This document shows positions 50,750-63,494 of a stretch of DNA of 64,000 nt, one piece after another (position 1 is the stretch's first letter; each line of letters begins with the position of its first letter). Under the pieces are notes generated by a model. It was not told where the DNA came from. It ran no database searches and saw only the letters and a program-made list of their open reading frames with translations. The stretch is from Vicugna vicugna (taxonomy: Eukaryota). The DNA is taken from positions 3,845,050 through 3,909,049 of the forward strand of contig MU058781.1 in NCBI GenBank assembly GCA_013265495.1, given 5' to 3'. The position numbers were made by a program, and so were the translations under genes.

Positions 50750-53090
50750 TTAGTAGCCTGGTCGGTCAAGGGGAAGAATCTGAAAGCATAGACCGAAAAT
50801 TTAAAGGGATGGGAATCACAAGAGAAAACAGATCTAGGAAATATAACCTGTGAGGAACAGGAGAGCCAGAAGGAGAAAAGGGGACAGATGGAGGAAAGGC
50901 AATAATTACATAAATATAAGAAACAAATTTTCTGCGCTTAAAAATCAAGACTTTAAAGTCTATACATTCAAATGGTTCATGAAGTTCCAGGCAAGATTTA
51001 TGAATTCTCTGTATGTACTGGAAACGTTCTTGAACTCTTAAGAATAAAAAGCAAAATTTTAAGAGTTTCCAGACAGAGAACAAATTACCCCCCTATTAAG
51101 GAGTATCAGACCAGCAGCAGATTTCTCATCCATGACACTGGAAGCCGGAGATTGTGGAGTGACTTCTGTAGACCATGGAGACAAAAAGCCAGCAGCCTGA
51201 AAATCACATACATAGACAAAAAGCATCCAAACATAAAGTTAATCAGAAATACCTCAGAAAGAGGAGAGATAACAGCAGGGGAAATATTTCTTTTTCTTTT
51301 TTTTGGGGTGGGGGTGGTTTTCTAGATTAACCATTTAACTCAAGTGGGAAGGAAAGAGTAAATTCAAATAGAACAGTGTCTACCTTAAATGTGAACTGAA
51401 TTTTCCCATTAAAGTTTGATATTGTTGGACTAAGTTAAAAAGCAAACCCAGTTATGTGGTATTTTTCAGAAATATTTGAAATGAAAAAAAAAGGATGGAC
51501 AGCAATCCCGGCCCAATACAGATAGTCAGAAGAACTAGCCATATTAAGGTAAGTATTTATGTTGAAGGCATGAATAGGATAAGGAAAGACTTTGTATAAT
51601 GATTCCAAAATGGCGCAGTTTATGAAGGAGATAAATACATGTGTATGTATTAAATAATGTAGCCACCAAATCTGTATGGTGAAGTATTAGGAATGCAAAT
51701 AGTTATGGTGAGACGCTTTTAATAAACCTCTGCCACTTGTCTCAATCCATCATAACTTTATGCAGACCCCTATGATGCAGAAATTGAATAAATAAAAAAG
51801 TTAGATTTAATAGATAAGCTGGAACCACACATCCCTTGAATGTGGAATACTCTCTTCTGGATTACTTGGAAAACTTGACCATGCACTTGACTACAAAGAA
51901 GACTTTGACAAAGCCAAAGGGAAAGAGATTTTTATAGATCTTATTCTCTGATCATAATCCAGTAAGATGAGAAAGAAATAAGAGAAGGTAAGAAAAAAAA
52001 AAGCTTTACTACTTGGAAATTTAAAATCACTCTTTATAACCTTTGTATCAAAGGAGCAGACAAAAGTCAATTTACAAGATACCTGGATATCAGTAAAAGG
52101 AGCGTGATTTATTCTAAGAGCTACGGGATAGAATGAAAGCTGTAGCCAGTGGAAATTTTATGGCCTTTGAATGTGTTCATTATTTAAGACTAAAGACCAA
52201 GTGTACTTTATCATGAAATGAGAAAGAAGAATGACAAAACAAACTAAAATAAATTAGAAAGAGGTCATAATAAATATTAAAGCTGAAGTTAATGAAACAA
52301 AAAGTAGTAGGAAGGATAAATATAATAATAGCTGGTTCTTTGAAGCAATAAAATAAAGATTTATGTGTCTGACTAGGAAATTAATAAAGGGTAAAAATGT
52401 ACAAGACTCAAAGTGGGAAAAAGGACATAATCAGAGATGCAGGAGCCATTCAAAGAAGAAACCAAGGTAACTGCATTCAACTCTGGCAATGAATTTGGAA
52501 AAAAAAACAAACAGGAGAAATGGATTATTTTCTTGCCAAATATAAATGCCTAAATTTGACTCGGGAAAAAATGGACAGTTTGAATAAAACAATACCATGA
52601 AAGAGATTGGAACTGTGATTAAAGATCTTCCTTTTAAAAAGGCAGTGGTATTATCTGGAGTTACAGCCGAGTTTTAGGTAATCTTTAAAAAAAATAATTT
52701 TATCATTATTTGAACTGTTTCAGGAGATGATGAAAAGCTCCTAATTCATTTGTAAAATAAGCATACATTTAATTACAGAACCTGATGGAGAACAATAATA
52801 GTCTGGAGACCAATTTAATGTTGAATATGGATGCAAAAATTCTAAATAAGATATTAGCAGATAGAGCCTATCAGTGTATTTGAGGACCCAACTGTGTGTG
52901 ACTAGGCAGAGTGTCTTCCAAGAACACAGGAGTGGAAACCTGTCAGTGCACTCTCTCACATGATCTAATTAGGACTAGAAGACCACATGGTTACATCAAT
53001 AGATGCTGAAGAGCATTTAATAAAATGCATAGGCACAACTAATTAAAAAATAGAAATTAAGAACAGAAAGAATAGAAACAAACTACTTTC
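50750..53090 (+). mobile_element. Ancient, heavily decayed L1 spanning the ORF1 C-terminus to the ORF2 RT region
   Basis: 51105-51146 translates to IRPAADFSSMTLEA (L1 ORF1 IRLTADFS.ETLEA motif). ~51385-51470 resembles the ORF2 endonuclease start. ~52996 gives SIDAE.AF (RT domain) across a frameshift. Confidence 0.75.
51415..51548 (+). other. RNF182: Candidate non-coding (5'UTR) internal exon of RNF182
   Basis: Consensus donor AAG|GTAAGT (GT at 51549-51550), 2.6 kb upstream of the terminal-exon acceptor. Possible acceptors: ttttcccattaaag| (AG 51413-51414) or atttttcag| (AG 51468-51469). Inference only. Confidence 0.4.
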
Positions 53091-53795
53091 ATTTAAAGCC
53101 AGTGGTAGTAGCAACTAGGGGCCGCCATCAAGGACTGTGCTCTCTGTTCACCGTGGAGAGAGTTTACATGAGAGCAAGCAGGCAAGTAGGCGAAGTCTGA
53201 GTACTTCTTGGAAGCCACACGTGCACGGTTCTTCACGTTTGGAGACGTAACTGAGCATACGTTCTGTGTTTATGTCTCTGTCTTGGGAATTAGCGACCTG
53301 GTTATAATGCTTACGTCAGGTGTCCTATGCTTCAGTCTTCCTTGAGTGAATGTGTATGTGTCAAGCATGGTTTTCAAGACTAGTATCGAAACAAAAAGTG
53401 TGAAATTGAATAGTCAAATAATGGAGGCATTTATAACAGATTTCTTTACACTGGGAAAGTGAGAACTGTCTGCTGTTTTTAAAGACACTCTCATCTTTAT
53501 CAAAGCACTTTCTGAAAACACATTTTAAACATTTATCCTTAAGTTTTCCCTTCTTTTGTGTGTTCCTAAGCACTCTTGAGGGTATTTAGACAATTGGTAT
53601 TGATACCAATTAGTCTCTGAATTAGTCTATGTTGAATGGAGTTTAATTGCAAATATATGTATTTCTGATAAGTGTCTCATTCTGTCTTCAGAGAGGCCAG
53701 AATTTGTTACAAATTTCAGAGAGAAAAATCTCTGTATCTAGCCGTACCCACAATGCTCTTGGAGTGTACTTTATATCATTAAGATTCTTAATTCC

Positions 53796-53942
53796 AATAT
53801 GAAAACGAATATATGTATGTTCATGTATGAATGAAGCATTAGGCTGTACACCAGAAATTGACACAACATTGTAAACTGACTATACTTCAATAAAAAGTAT
53901 ATATATAAAAATAAATAAAAATGCTAATATTGGGGGAAAAAT
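53796..53942 (+). mobile_element. Short young L1 3' tail
   Basis: ctgtacaccagaaattgacacaacattgtaaactgactatacttcaataaaaa. Perfect 13-bp TSD gattcttaattcc at 53783-53795 and 53943-53955. Confidence 0.9.
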
Positions 53943-54149
53943 GATTCTTAATTCCTTCTTTACTGTCATATTTGTGGACTGAAAAAGCTAAGCATGGAGA
54001 CAACACTTTCCTGTCCTGGGGGCAGGAATGCATGAAAAGATGAAGGGGATTTAACCTTTCAAGTCTACCGCTGCTAACAGCTGAAGCTCAGAAAATTCCG
54101 TACAGCACTTTTCACTGTTCACTATATTAGAATCTCTTTTCCTTTGCAG

Positions 54150-54364
54150 ACCCTTCATGTGGCCTTTGTAAATATGCGTTTGAGACAGAGAGTGGTATGT
54201 AGAAGCTGAAAGTGCCTGGAAGATTTCTGGTTTCTGTCCCTGCTTTTCCTGCCTGTTTGCACCTCTGCCTAATTTGGATGATGTGATGCTCAGAGAGATA
54301 GCTTAATCGAAGCCGTCTTTTGACGAGACACGTCTGGCCCAATACTGTGTACCCCGAGCTCAAG
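54150..54364 (+). other. RNF182: 5'UTR part of the RNF182 terminal exon, starting after the splice acceptor AG at 54148-54149
   Basis: Polypyrimidine tract plus CAG (tctcttttcctttgcag|accc) 215 nt upstream of the ATG. In-frame TAG at 54299-54301 shows the segment is untranslated in the main frame. Confidence 0.75.
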
Positions 54365-55108
54365 ATGGCCAGTCAGCCACCGGAAGACGCCACAGAGTCT
54401 CAGGTCTCCGATGAGCTTGAGTGTAAGATCTGCTACAACCGCTACAACCTGAAGCAGAGGAAGCCCAAGGTGCTGGAGTGTTGTCACAGGGTGTGTGCCA
54501 AATGCCTCTACAAGATCATAGACTTTGGGGACTCCCCGCAAGGCGTCATCGTCTGCCCTTTCTGCAGGTTCGAGACGTGCCTGCCGGACGATGAAGTCAG
54601 CAGTCTGCCTGATGACAACAACATCCTGGTGAACTTGACTTGTGGCGGCAAAGGCAAGAAGTGCCTGCCCGAGAACCCCACCGAGCTGCTGCTGACCCCC
54701 AAGAGGCTGGCCTCGCTGGTCAGTCCTTCCCACGCCTCCTCCAACTGCCTGGTCATAACGATCATGGAGGTGCAGAGAGAGAGCTCCCCGTCCCTGAGTT
54801 CCACGCCCGTGGTCGAGTTCTACAGGCCCTCCAGCTTCGACTCGGTGACGACCGTGTCGCACAACTGGACGGTGTGGAACTGCACGTCGCTGCTCTTTCA
54901 GACGTCCGTCAGGGTGTTGGTTTGGTTGCTGGGTTTGCTGTACTTCAGCTCCTTGCCTTTGGGGATCTACTTACTGGTCTCTAAGAAGGTCACCCTCGGG
55001 GTCGTCTTCGTCAGCCTGGTCCCTTCCAGCCTCGTCATCCTGATGGTGTACGGCTTCTGCCAGTGTGTCTGTCACGAATTCCTAGACTGCCTGGCACCTT
55101 CCTCTTGA
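54365..55108 (+). CDS. RNF182: E3 ubiquitin-protein ligase RNF182, single coding exon, 247 aa
   Basis: ATG at 54365 in strong Kozak context (ctcaagATGG) and TGA at 55106-55108. Protein MASQPPED...[51 protein letters not shown] is a C3HC4 RING. Two C-terminal hydrophobic segments follow ([45 protein letters not shown]). Sequence and length match my recollection of mammalian RNF182. Confidence 0.96.
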   Translation: MASQPPEDATESQVSDELECKICYNRYNLKQRKPKVLECCHRVCAKCLYKIIDFGDSPQGVIVCPFCRFETCLPDDEVSSLPDDNNILVNLTCGGKGKKCLPENPTELLLTPKRLASLVSPSHASSNCLVITIMEVQRESSPSLSSTPVVEFYRPSSFDSVTTVSHNWTVWNCTSLLFQTSVRVLVWLLGLLYFSSLPLGIYLLVSKKVTLGVVFVSLVPSSLVILMVYGFCQCVCHEFLDCLAPSS

Positions 55109-57290
55109 TGGAGACACACACTAGGAAACTTGACACACCTTGCCACGTTTGAAGGGAGGTCATTTAGCCCTCATTTTCTTTCATACTCTCTGTGTTGGTG
55201 CCCATGGCATTAACAAAGCCATTGGGCATGTTTGTGGTCCGTTTTCCATCAACATGTTGACTCAATTGGTCTTCCTGTATGCTGGAAGTAAAAAATGTTC
55301 ATTTCTACTTACGTGTTAGCAAAAAAGAAAAAGGTATCGGCTAAGCCTCCCTCAAGCTCTTCTCCTGAGCCTTCCCAGAGAAAGGGCAGATTTCACTCCG
55401 CGCTGCTAGACAGACACCAGGGGCCGGCGTGTTGTGCTGCGGGAGGGGTCTTTGTGGACGGTGAGGCGTGAACCGATTCCTCTTCTTGTGATCGTGGATA
55501 GCCTGGGAGGCAGGGTGGACGCAGGAGGAGAGCAGTCCCCAGACACATCAGTTTGCACAGTGCTCACCTCCCACCCCGTTGTTGGCGCTTCCCTGGGTCC
55601 TGTTAAGCCCGGATGCTGGTTCCCTGTGCGCATGCTCCTTGCAAGAGGAAACTCGCCTCACACCCTTGTGTGATTTCACTCACACACCTGTTTTGCTGCT
55701 TTACTAAAGAGAATTACAGACATTGAGGAATTGGCATCAGAGTAAACTTCAAGGCAGAATGTGGCCACTTGTTTTTTGAGACACACCCTTTCCTCCACAT
55801 TTGTTTTCTGCTCTCTAGTCTTTTATGAAATTCTCATGGAGCAGTTATAGTTCATGGAGATCTCATTTGAGCCTTTTCTTAAAGCATTTTAGTTTCCTTT
55901 CGTTTCTTTCTTTTTTTTTTTAACCACATTGTTCAATCAGCCCCATCCCTTATCTTGAATGAGGTTCCATTTAAATTAGTTGCTATAACTTTATGAAGAT
56001 TTTGGTTTTTCCCCCATTGCATTTTAAATTCAACTACGGACTCACTTAACTTAATCCTATAACATTTTGGGGTAAATCGCGTCAGTGGAAACCCAGAAAC
56101 AATTTAGATGTTCTAGCTTATGGTTCGATGTGCTGAGAACCTAAATATTTTGCTGTGTTCTACTGAGCTGTACCAAAATATAATGGTTCCAATTTACGTG
56201 CAGGACTGTGTTGCAGTAGGTCAGGCAGAAAGATGGGCACCAAAACACACAAAGCTGATGCCCTAACTGAAGAGACCCTTCAAGGAAGTAAAGTGGAGGT
56301 GGCAGGGTGCAATCTAACATATTGCTATTCCTGTAAAGTCCATTTTAGAATGGATTCAAGTTCCTACACAATTTATTTCAGATAAAAGCATAAGCTATGT
56401 GACTTGAGTTAATGAGCTTCTTTTCATGATGTGGGGGAATTTGAACGTACATATTTATGAGAAGAAATTGGTTAGCGGATTTTAGGTTTGAGGGATTTGA
56501 GTGTCCGCAGAAAGTAGGCAAAAAAAAAAGCGCTTTTTAGTCTAAAACTCATTACTGATGATAAACATTAAAATATTTATAACTCTTAGAAAGGGGCATT
56601 GCTAAGACTAACTTGTTTGTGGTGAAACATTTGTTGTGTGAAATACAGTGGACCAGTTCCAATCTCTTTATTCAGGAAAAATGGACACTTATTTCTAGAA
56701 TAGTATTTGACTTTAATTGTGTCACTATTAACTTTGAGAACATGTATGCCCAGGGTAGGTATGACGATAGGAAATTATTCCTGGAATGTGGCCCAATGAA
56801 TTTTAAGCCCAAAGGCAGCTAAATACATTCATGATTTCATAAAATCTAGTTTAGGTAGCATCGTGAATGCAATTTCCAAATATCCATTTGTACTTAGAGT
56901 ACTGGCTGGGAGATGTTTCGTGGTTTGGATTTATATATTTATAAGGTTTTTTTAAAAAATGTTCATTTTTGTCTGAAATGTAACATCAGATAAATTGGTG
57001 GGTTTAGTTTATCATATAATGAGATTTCTAGAAAGCTCTGGGTGTGGGTACTGAGTGTTTGGCTTATTTGTATAATGTCTGCAGTGCTAAATTTGTGTCT
57101 CTCTTTCTGTTGTGATAGTCTTTTTTTTTTTTTGGTTGCCAGTAAATTAATTTGGTGTTCAAGAGTTTTAAAATGTATGACAACAAAAAACTTTTCATGC
57201 TGTTGAATGAAAAAAAGACAACGCTTCAATGTCTTATTTATTGTGGTGATGTTTGGTTTGTCCATTAAATTGTTCTTATTTCCAAGTTAG
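55109..57290 (+). other. RNF182: RNF182 3'UTR (3' end approximate)
   Basis: Apparently repeat-free, increasingly AU-rich sequence after the stop, ending at an ATTAAA followed by a GT/T-rich element. Confidence 0.6.
57264..57269 (+). terminator. Probable polyadenylation signal ATTAAA
   Basis: tccATTAAAttgttcttatttccaa followed by gttagacgtttgatttctctg. I saw no AATAAA between the stop and this point. A second ATTAAA lies near 56568. Confidence 0.55.
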
Positions 57291-58505
57291 ACGTTTGATT
57301 TCTCTGACTCATGGCTGAGATTCAGTCATTACCTTGGACTACTGTTAACATTAGATCATTAGATGGGTACAAACGCGAGCTTTGGAAACATGGATTAAGC
57401 TAATGCCCTTATCCTATGAATGAAGATTTCAGAACTTTCCCACGAAGCAAGTCTATCCCATCCCACCTCTAAAAGGCCTTCATCGTTTTTCTTTTTTTAA
57501 CTAAGGCAGAAAAATTAGGGAAGGTGAAATTAAAAAAAAAAGTGTTTATCTTTAAAAATGAATTTTTTGGTTTTAATTTATTTGACTTGTTTGCCAGATT
57601 TTTGCCCTAGCTTCTTTGCAAAATAGAACCCATTTTAGTTGGGGAAATCACTAACTTTATGTGATCTGGGCAAATTTTAAAAGTTACCTGATGTTGAAAT
57701 ATGACCATTTTAGGCAAGGTAGAAGTAATTTAGGAATATGTAGCATTTTTATGCTTATGGTAATTAGTGATTTGGCACCACGTGTTAATCAAGAGGAATG
57801 GTTTCATTCACTTCCAAAATCTACGTAAACGAGGAAGAATGGGGTTAAGGGAAACAGTCACCTGTGCTGGCTGAACTTAAGGCTGTGAACTCCTGCGTAT
57901 CCACCGGGAGACTCTCGAGTGACGTGCATTTCCCTGGTTGTAAACAGATGAGGAAGCTTCAAAGACACCCTGAGTCTGAAGAAATTTCCTAATCTGTCGA
58001 CCAGGTAGACGTGGAAAGCAAAGGAATCCTGTATTGAAAGGCAAACTAATTTAGTCATCAATATGAGCTCTGTGAGTCCTGGGCTGCAGAAGAGAGAGAA
58101 ATTAGTTAACCTGAAAGAGTGTAATGGAAACAAATTATAATTCTATGTGTTTCTGCATTTTGGGGCACTTGTTCTTTTTTTAGGCTTCTTGGTAAAAGCA
58201 AGTGCTTGCTTCAGTTTTTTTTTTTTTTTAACACTGTAGGAACACCATGAATTATTTCTCAGAGCCTTCCTCAAAATCAGTGAGGTTTGGTTAAAAGTAA
58301 GATTCTGAAAAAGTTTAATCATTTGCTCTTGAACCTTGAGTCTTGCCTGTTTTCCACATCTCTGACCCTATATTAGACGGTTACTTCTCTTTGCCTCAAA
58401 TCTTTTATGAATTTTTACTCCTCTGTGAGGTGCCTGAATATTGGATCTTCCTTTACAAGTTTTGGTTTGTGTAAAAGAGATGGAAGAAAGAGAACGGGAA
58501 AGAGA

Positions 58506-58551
58506 AATAATAATAATAATAAAATAATAAAATAATAACAATAATAATAAT
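58506..58551. repeat. (AAT)n-like A-rich simple repeat
   Basis: Read directly. Confidence 0.85.
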
Positions 58552-59344
58552 GTGGGTAATTAAATGTTAAAATTTGAGTAAATTCCAAGTGAGTCTTGGA
58601 GACAATACAGATTCAGCTCAGTTGCTTATATCTTTTAAATCTGTGTTACAGTCCCAAACTAAGTATACTCAGTGCATAGATATCTATGGTTCTGATATGA
58701 AGGTGCTTTAAATTTAGGAATAAAAAATTTCAAATTATATCCTGAATATTGTATATATTAAGTAGGAAGAGGCGCTCATGTATGTATTGAAGTGGTTGAG
58801 CCTTGATTTAATCACACATTGACGTCTGCGGAAACAATTAACTCTGTAAGCATTTTAATTAATCAGAAGTTTCTTCGATTTGTGACATACTGACATTTTC
58901 CCTTTAAACTGAGGTGGTTGGAGTTTCCTAAGAGAAAAGAATATGCCCTGACTTAGTGGGTCGTTTTGGATCTTGGTTTGCTGGGAAGTGCAATGGTTTA
59001 GGCACGAAAGTTTCTTTCTGTGTTCTGATCCATTTACCCCAGATCAGCAGTCTGGCCTGAAGATGTACGTTTGTTGAGGTGGGGGGGTCTTTAGCATTTC
59101 AGTAGCAGCTGAAGTGAAGGGAATGGAGAAACGGAGGGAGCAGAGGGCCAAGGCTGAGCCCTGAAGCTGTAACTCTGAAGGGTCAGTGGAGGATCTTGCA
59201 AAGGGACTGCCTGGGAGCAGCCAGAGCCCAGGGAAAGGGAAGTAGGGAAATCAGAACCTGTGGCCCCAGAACCAAGAGACAGGAGGTGGCATTAGGATTA
59301 CTAGGCGAACACAGACAGAAGCAGATTTCGGATGAGTTTATTAA

Positions 59345-60135
59345 AAGATTTTTCAAGCTTTTTTGCGTGAAATTTAAAAATTATGCAGAAAAGCTGAGAG
59401 ACACAATTATCAGTGATACACTAACCATTTAGTGTCATCAGCAGTCAATCTTTTGTTCCATTTGTTTTTTCTTTCTCCCCCCTGAAAATAAGAGACTTCT
59501 AATTTGACTAAAATATCCTCATTGTATCTAAAGCAGTTAAAAATACTCTTCTAATATCATTTGATATGCAGTCTACCCAGATTTTTCTATTTGTTCCCAA
59601 AATGTCTTTGATAGTTTAAAACACAAAGCACAAACCAGGGTCTAGTAACACTTCATGCACTGCATTTGATTGTTATGTATTTTATTCTCTTTTATTCTGG
59701 AACAGTCAGAATAAATGTTTTCCCTGTGACATTGACTTGAAAAAGCGGGCTGGTTACCTTATATGATATCCTACATTTTGGATTTGTCTGACTTTCAGAC
59801 AAAGGGTGGCGTTTAACTTCTTCTGTCATTGTATTTCCTCTAAACTGAAAATTAGATTGAGAAGTGTGATTAGGTTCAGATTTGAAGGAAGAGGTTTTCT
59901 TAGATGATGCTGGAATGGAAGTTTGCCCCACCGTTGGAAATGCTGTCTGATCACTCAGTTTAGGGGATGACTTCTGGGTGTCTCCATTCTCCCCGTGCAA
60001 TTAGCAGGTAATCTGTGGGGTGATACTTTGTGGAGTGGGGTGATATTTTGGCACTTGTCAAATATCATGCATGCAACAGTTTTTACCTGATGGTCTTAGC
60101 ATCCATTCATGATTCTTGGCTGAATCAATGATTTC
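59345..60135 (-). mobile_element. Ancient L1 (L1MC/ME-like) 3' fragment
   Basis: Same style as 39955-41280: ctgcatttgattgttatgt..., gacattgacttgaaaaagc..., taatctgtggggtgatactttg..., agcatccattcatgattcttggctgaatcaat. Confidence 0.6.
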
Positions 60136-61419
60136 ATTTTTCCAGAGATTTGAAATCTAGTCTAACCTAGTGAAAACTAACTTCTCTCTCCTTAAAAGTT
60201 TTCAAGAGAAGGTGGTCCGGTTGCCTCTTGGCAGGTACATTGTGGAGGAGGTAGAATCACAGGAGCCTCCACCTCTCTAAAGCTTTGGTAAATCTTAAAG
60301 TTGGAACACGTCATTATAGTCATCCAATTATTGAAGGAATAAACTGAAATGGATAATAATCTTATATCTCCTGAGGTACCTTCTGTAAGCGTGGAGAAGA
60401 AGAAACCCAAATCTTCTGTGAAATAACATTTTTTTAAACCTGTAAATCATGCACTTGACTCTAACCTCATACTTTCAGTGTATCACAGGTTTCTTAACCA
60501 CACATCCAAAACACATTATTACTCTCTTACACAAATTTTGTAACCATCTCTCTGTTTATCTTCCAAACCATGTTTGGACTAGTTGTCATTTCCCCTGAAG
60601 ACTCCTTTGCCTCGATCTTTATCAGATCTTCTTGAACTTTGCACTCCAGACAGCTCAGTCTTCTTAGTTCGTTCCTCAATTTATTCTTCAGAGTGATCCT
60701 GTTTGGTCAGAATAACCTCTTGTTTATTGTTTGACCATTCCCTCCCTTCTTAAATCCCCTCTAGATGGTGGGTTCGTTCATCAAGTTCACTCTAAGTTCC
60801 CAGTCTTGAGACATTCTAGAGCTTTCTCTCTGTGCACACCTGCTTTTAGATTTTTAAATCCTTTGAGTAGTAGATGGAATGCGCACAGAGCTATTAGCGG
60901 CTCACGTAATAAATTCTATCGTCTTTAGATAATGTTTTAAAATGTTTATTAAGTATTATTCTTAGGTAAAATTGTATGCTGTATAATTTGAAATCTAATG
61001 TCTTCCCCAATTATTGCCAATACAGTTCTAATTTGGTTGAGCCAATCATGAATTATCTCTTGGCTAATAAACATATACTGAACTAGGGTCAGATCATGAG
61101 TTGGTTTAATGCCTCAATTTCCTTCTCAATAGTTTAGGATAAATTAGGCTGTTTGTTGTTTCATATCTGTGAATAAGAAAGCTTAGCTTCTAACATGGCA
61201 TCTTAAGTGAATTAAAATAACACTTCTGCTATGAAATGTTATTTTTCATACTAAATAACATTATTAGCCAGTAAATGAACATCTGTTTTTTGTTACTGAT
61301 GGTTTTGTGCTGAGCCAAAACCTCCCACACTTTTCCTTTTTCCTCATTTTCTTTAATTTCTTTCATGCCATTTATGGAAGAGCCTAGTGCTCCTCACCAC
61401 TACCCTCTTCCACATCTCC

Positions 61420-61555
61420 TGCACACACGCCCTGACACACACAGACACAGACACACGGACACAGATAAACACACACACACCCCCAGACACATACACACAG
61501 GCCCACAGACACAGATACACACACACACAGCCAGACACACACAGAGACACATACC
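61420..61555. repeat. Degenerate CA/GACA-rich compound microsatellite
   Basis: Read directly. It explains the HT/CV-rich ORFs listed at 61353-61665. Confidence 0.9.
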
Positions 61556-62671
61556 AAGTCTTCACATTTTATGAAACAGATTTGAAAGGGAACTACAGAA
61601 CCACATTGAGTCTCCCGCCAGTTGGTAATTATCCATTTAAGTCCCATTTTAAAGTATTCTTGTGACCTCTGACAACTGCGTTTACGATTCTCGTAGAATA
61701 ATGGCTTCAGCTGCTCGTCTCAGAGGTCGTAATTTCTTGTCCAGCGTTCGCCGTTACTGAGCAGCGGAGACGATCCTGTGCCAGGTGGTGGACTGGTTGT
61801 TGGCAGTGTTTCCATTTGGTGTGACTTTTCGAGATATTCCAGCTGTATATTTCTATGGTTAAATGTACTGTCATTACAAATTTTATTTTCAGTTAGAATT
61901 GTCAAAATTATAAAATTATTCTCGGCTCATAATTTGACCAAGTCTGATCACTAGTTGAAAGGGAGCAAAAGGTACCATAATTTTGTGGGTTTTTTCTGCT
62001 GCTGGAGGAGAGGGCGGAGTGACGTGGCATCAGGAGACCAGTTCTTGGAACTGAGGAGGAAAATTGCCTGCTGATTACTTAATCCTCTTCCTGACCTTTA
62101 TCTCTCAGATGGGAACCTTGTCAGATTTTTTGGTAAAACAAACTAAAGTTTCATTATTTAACTCATATTACTGGCTATCTATCATGCATAATATACAAAT
62201 ATTCCTTGACTCTTTGACATGATATCCATGCATGTCACACTTTACTGAAAAAATATAAAGACAGACAAGCTGTTTAACAAGAGCATCTTATTAAAGCAGT
62301 TATTCTGAAATATATGACGTGGAACATATCCAGGTAGACAGTTCAAGAAGAAAGGACTTCCTGGCTGTGCATCTTTAAGTAGCAGTGTGTACTGTCTCTT
62401 CTCTTAGAGATTTCTGATCATCAGCCCCACCAGCTGACTGTGAAGACGTTCAGTTAAAGAAACCTGCTTAGCGATTTAATCCAATGTTTTCTCAAACTTA
62501 GGGAACATCACACTTTTCCCTCAAAACATCTATTAGTATTTAGTGGAATGAATGTTCTGTGGAGCAGCTTTTGTTTAGTTTTCACTAGAGAGTTAATAAA
62601 ACAGTCATAATATGGGATCTGACCACAAATGTAAATCACTGAACCAGTACATGAGTTTGAAAGACAGTTGA

Positions 62672-63123
62672 TTGCAGCAACTTGGATGGAACAAGAGATG
62701 GTCATTCTAAGTGAAGTGAGCCCCGAAAGAGGAAGAAAAATACCAAATACCATATGATACCACTCATATATGGAATCTAAAAAAAAAAGAAAGAAGAAGA
62801 AAAAGAGGACACTAATGAACTTACCTACAAAACAGAAACAGACTCGCAGACGTAGTAAATAGTTTTATGGTTACCAGGGGAAAGGGGGTGGGAAGGGATA
62901 AAGTTGGGAGTTTGAGATTTGCAGAGGTTAACCACTACATATAAAAACAGACAAAAACCAAATTTCTTCTGTATAGTATGGGAATGATATTCGATATCTT
63001 GTAATAACTTATAATGAAAAAGAATATAAAAATGAGTATCTGCATGTATACGCATGACTGGGACTTGATGCTTTACACCAGAAATTGACACATTGTAACT
63101 AACTATACTTCAGTAATTTAAAA
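62672..63123 (+). mobile_element. Young L1, 5'-truncated 3' end
   Basis: tgcagcaacttggatgga...cattctaagtgaagtgag...ggttaccaggggaaagggggtgggaagggataaa...ccagaaattgacacattgtaact. 12-bp TSD aaagacagttga at 62660-62671 and 63124-63135. Confidence 0.9.
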
Positions 63124-63494
63124 AAAGACAGTTGAGAAGAAAGTCATAATTAGACAGTAGGTCCAAGGAGAATGGCGAAACACAAAGGAGGAAAGGAGGC
63201 TGGCAGTAGCAGGCAGTAAAACGCTGATAATTTCACTTGTTTCCAAACTGAACAATTTACATTCTTGTCAAAGGTTTATGCAGTGACGCATTCAACTTAC
63301 GCCTCTAACCCAGCTTTGGTCTTCACATTACCTGCAGGGAAGTATCTAAATACGTGCAGAAGGAGGGCCCAAGCAGAATAATTAACTACTGGTTATTTTT
63401 TGAGCCTGTGAAACTTCCTCAGTTAATTCTCAAAGAATGGAACCCAAGAGCCCAAATGTTGAAAAACTTGTACCAGATTTAAAGCTTTGATCAT

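Noticed and set aside
53110..53128. CTCF-like gcaactaggggccgcca, and a similar cctctagatggtgg near 60758
   Set aside because: Mismatches at core positions; cannot be supported without a PWM score or ChIP data.
54195..54293. Possible small intron inside the 5'UTR (TG|GTATGT ... ctcag|) that would remove four uAUGs
   Set aside because: The acceptor lacks an adjacent polypyrimidine tract; unsupported without RNA data.
54320..54364. 15-aa N-terminal extension of RNF182 in the ORF track (262 aa)
   Set aside because: It starts at TTG in weak context. The ATG at 54365 has a strong Kozak context and gives the expected 247 aa.
54290..54984. Antisense 190-aa and 98-aa ORFs and the alternative-frame 114-aa ORF over the CDS
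   Set aside because: Expected shadows of GC3-rich codon usage, with no recognisable domain.
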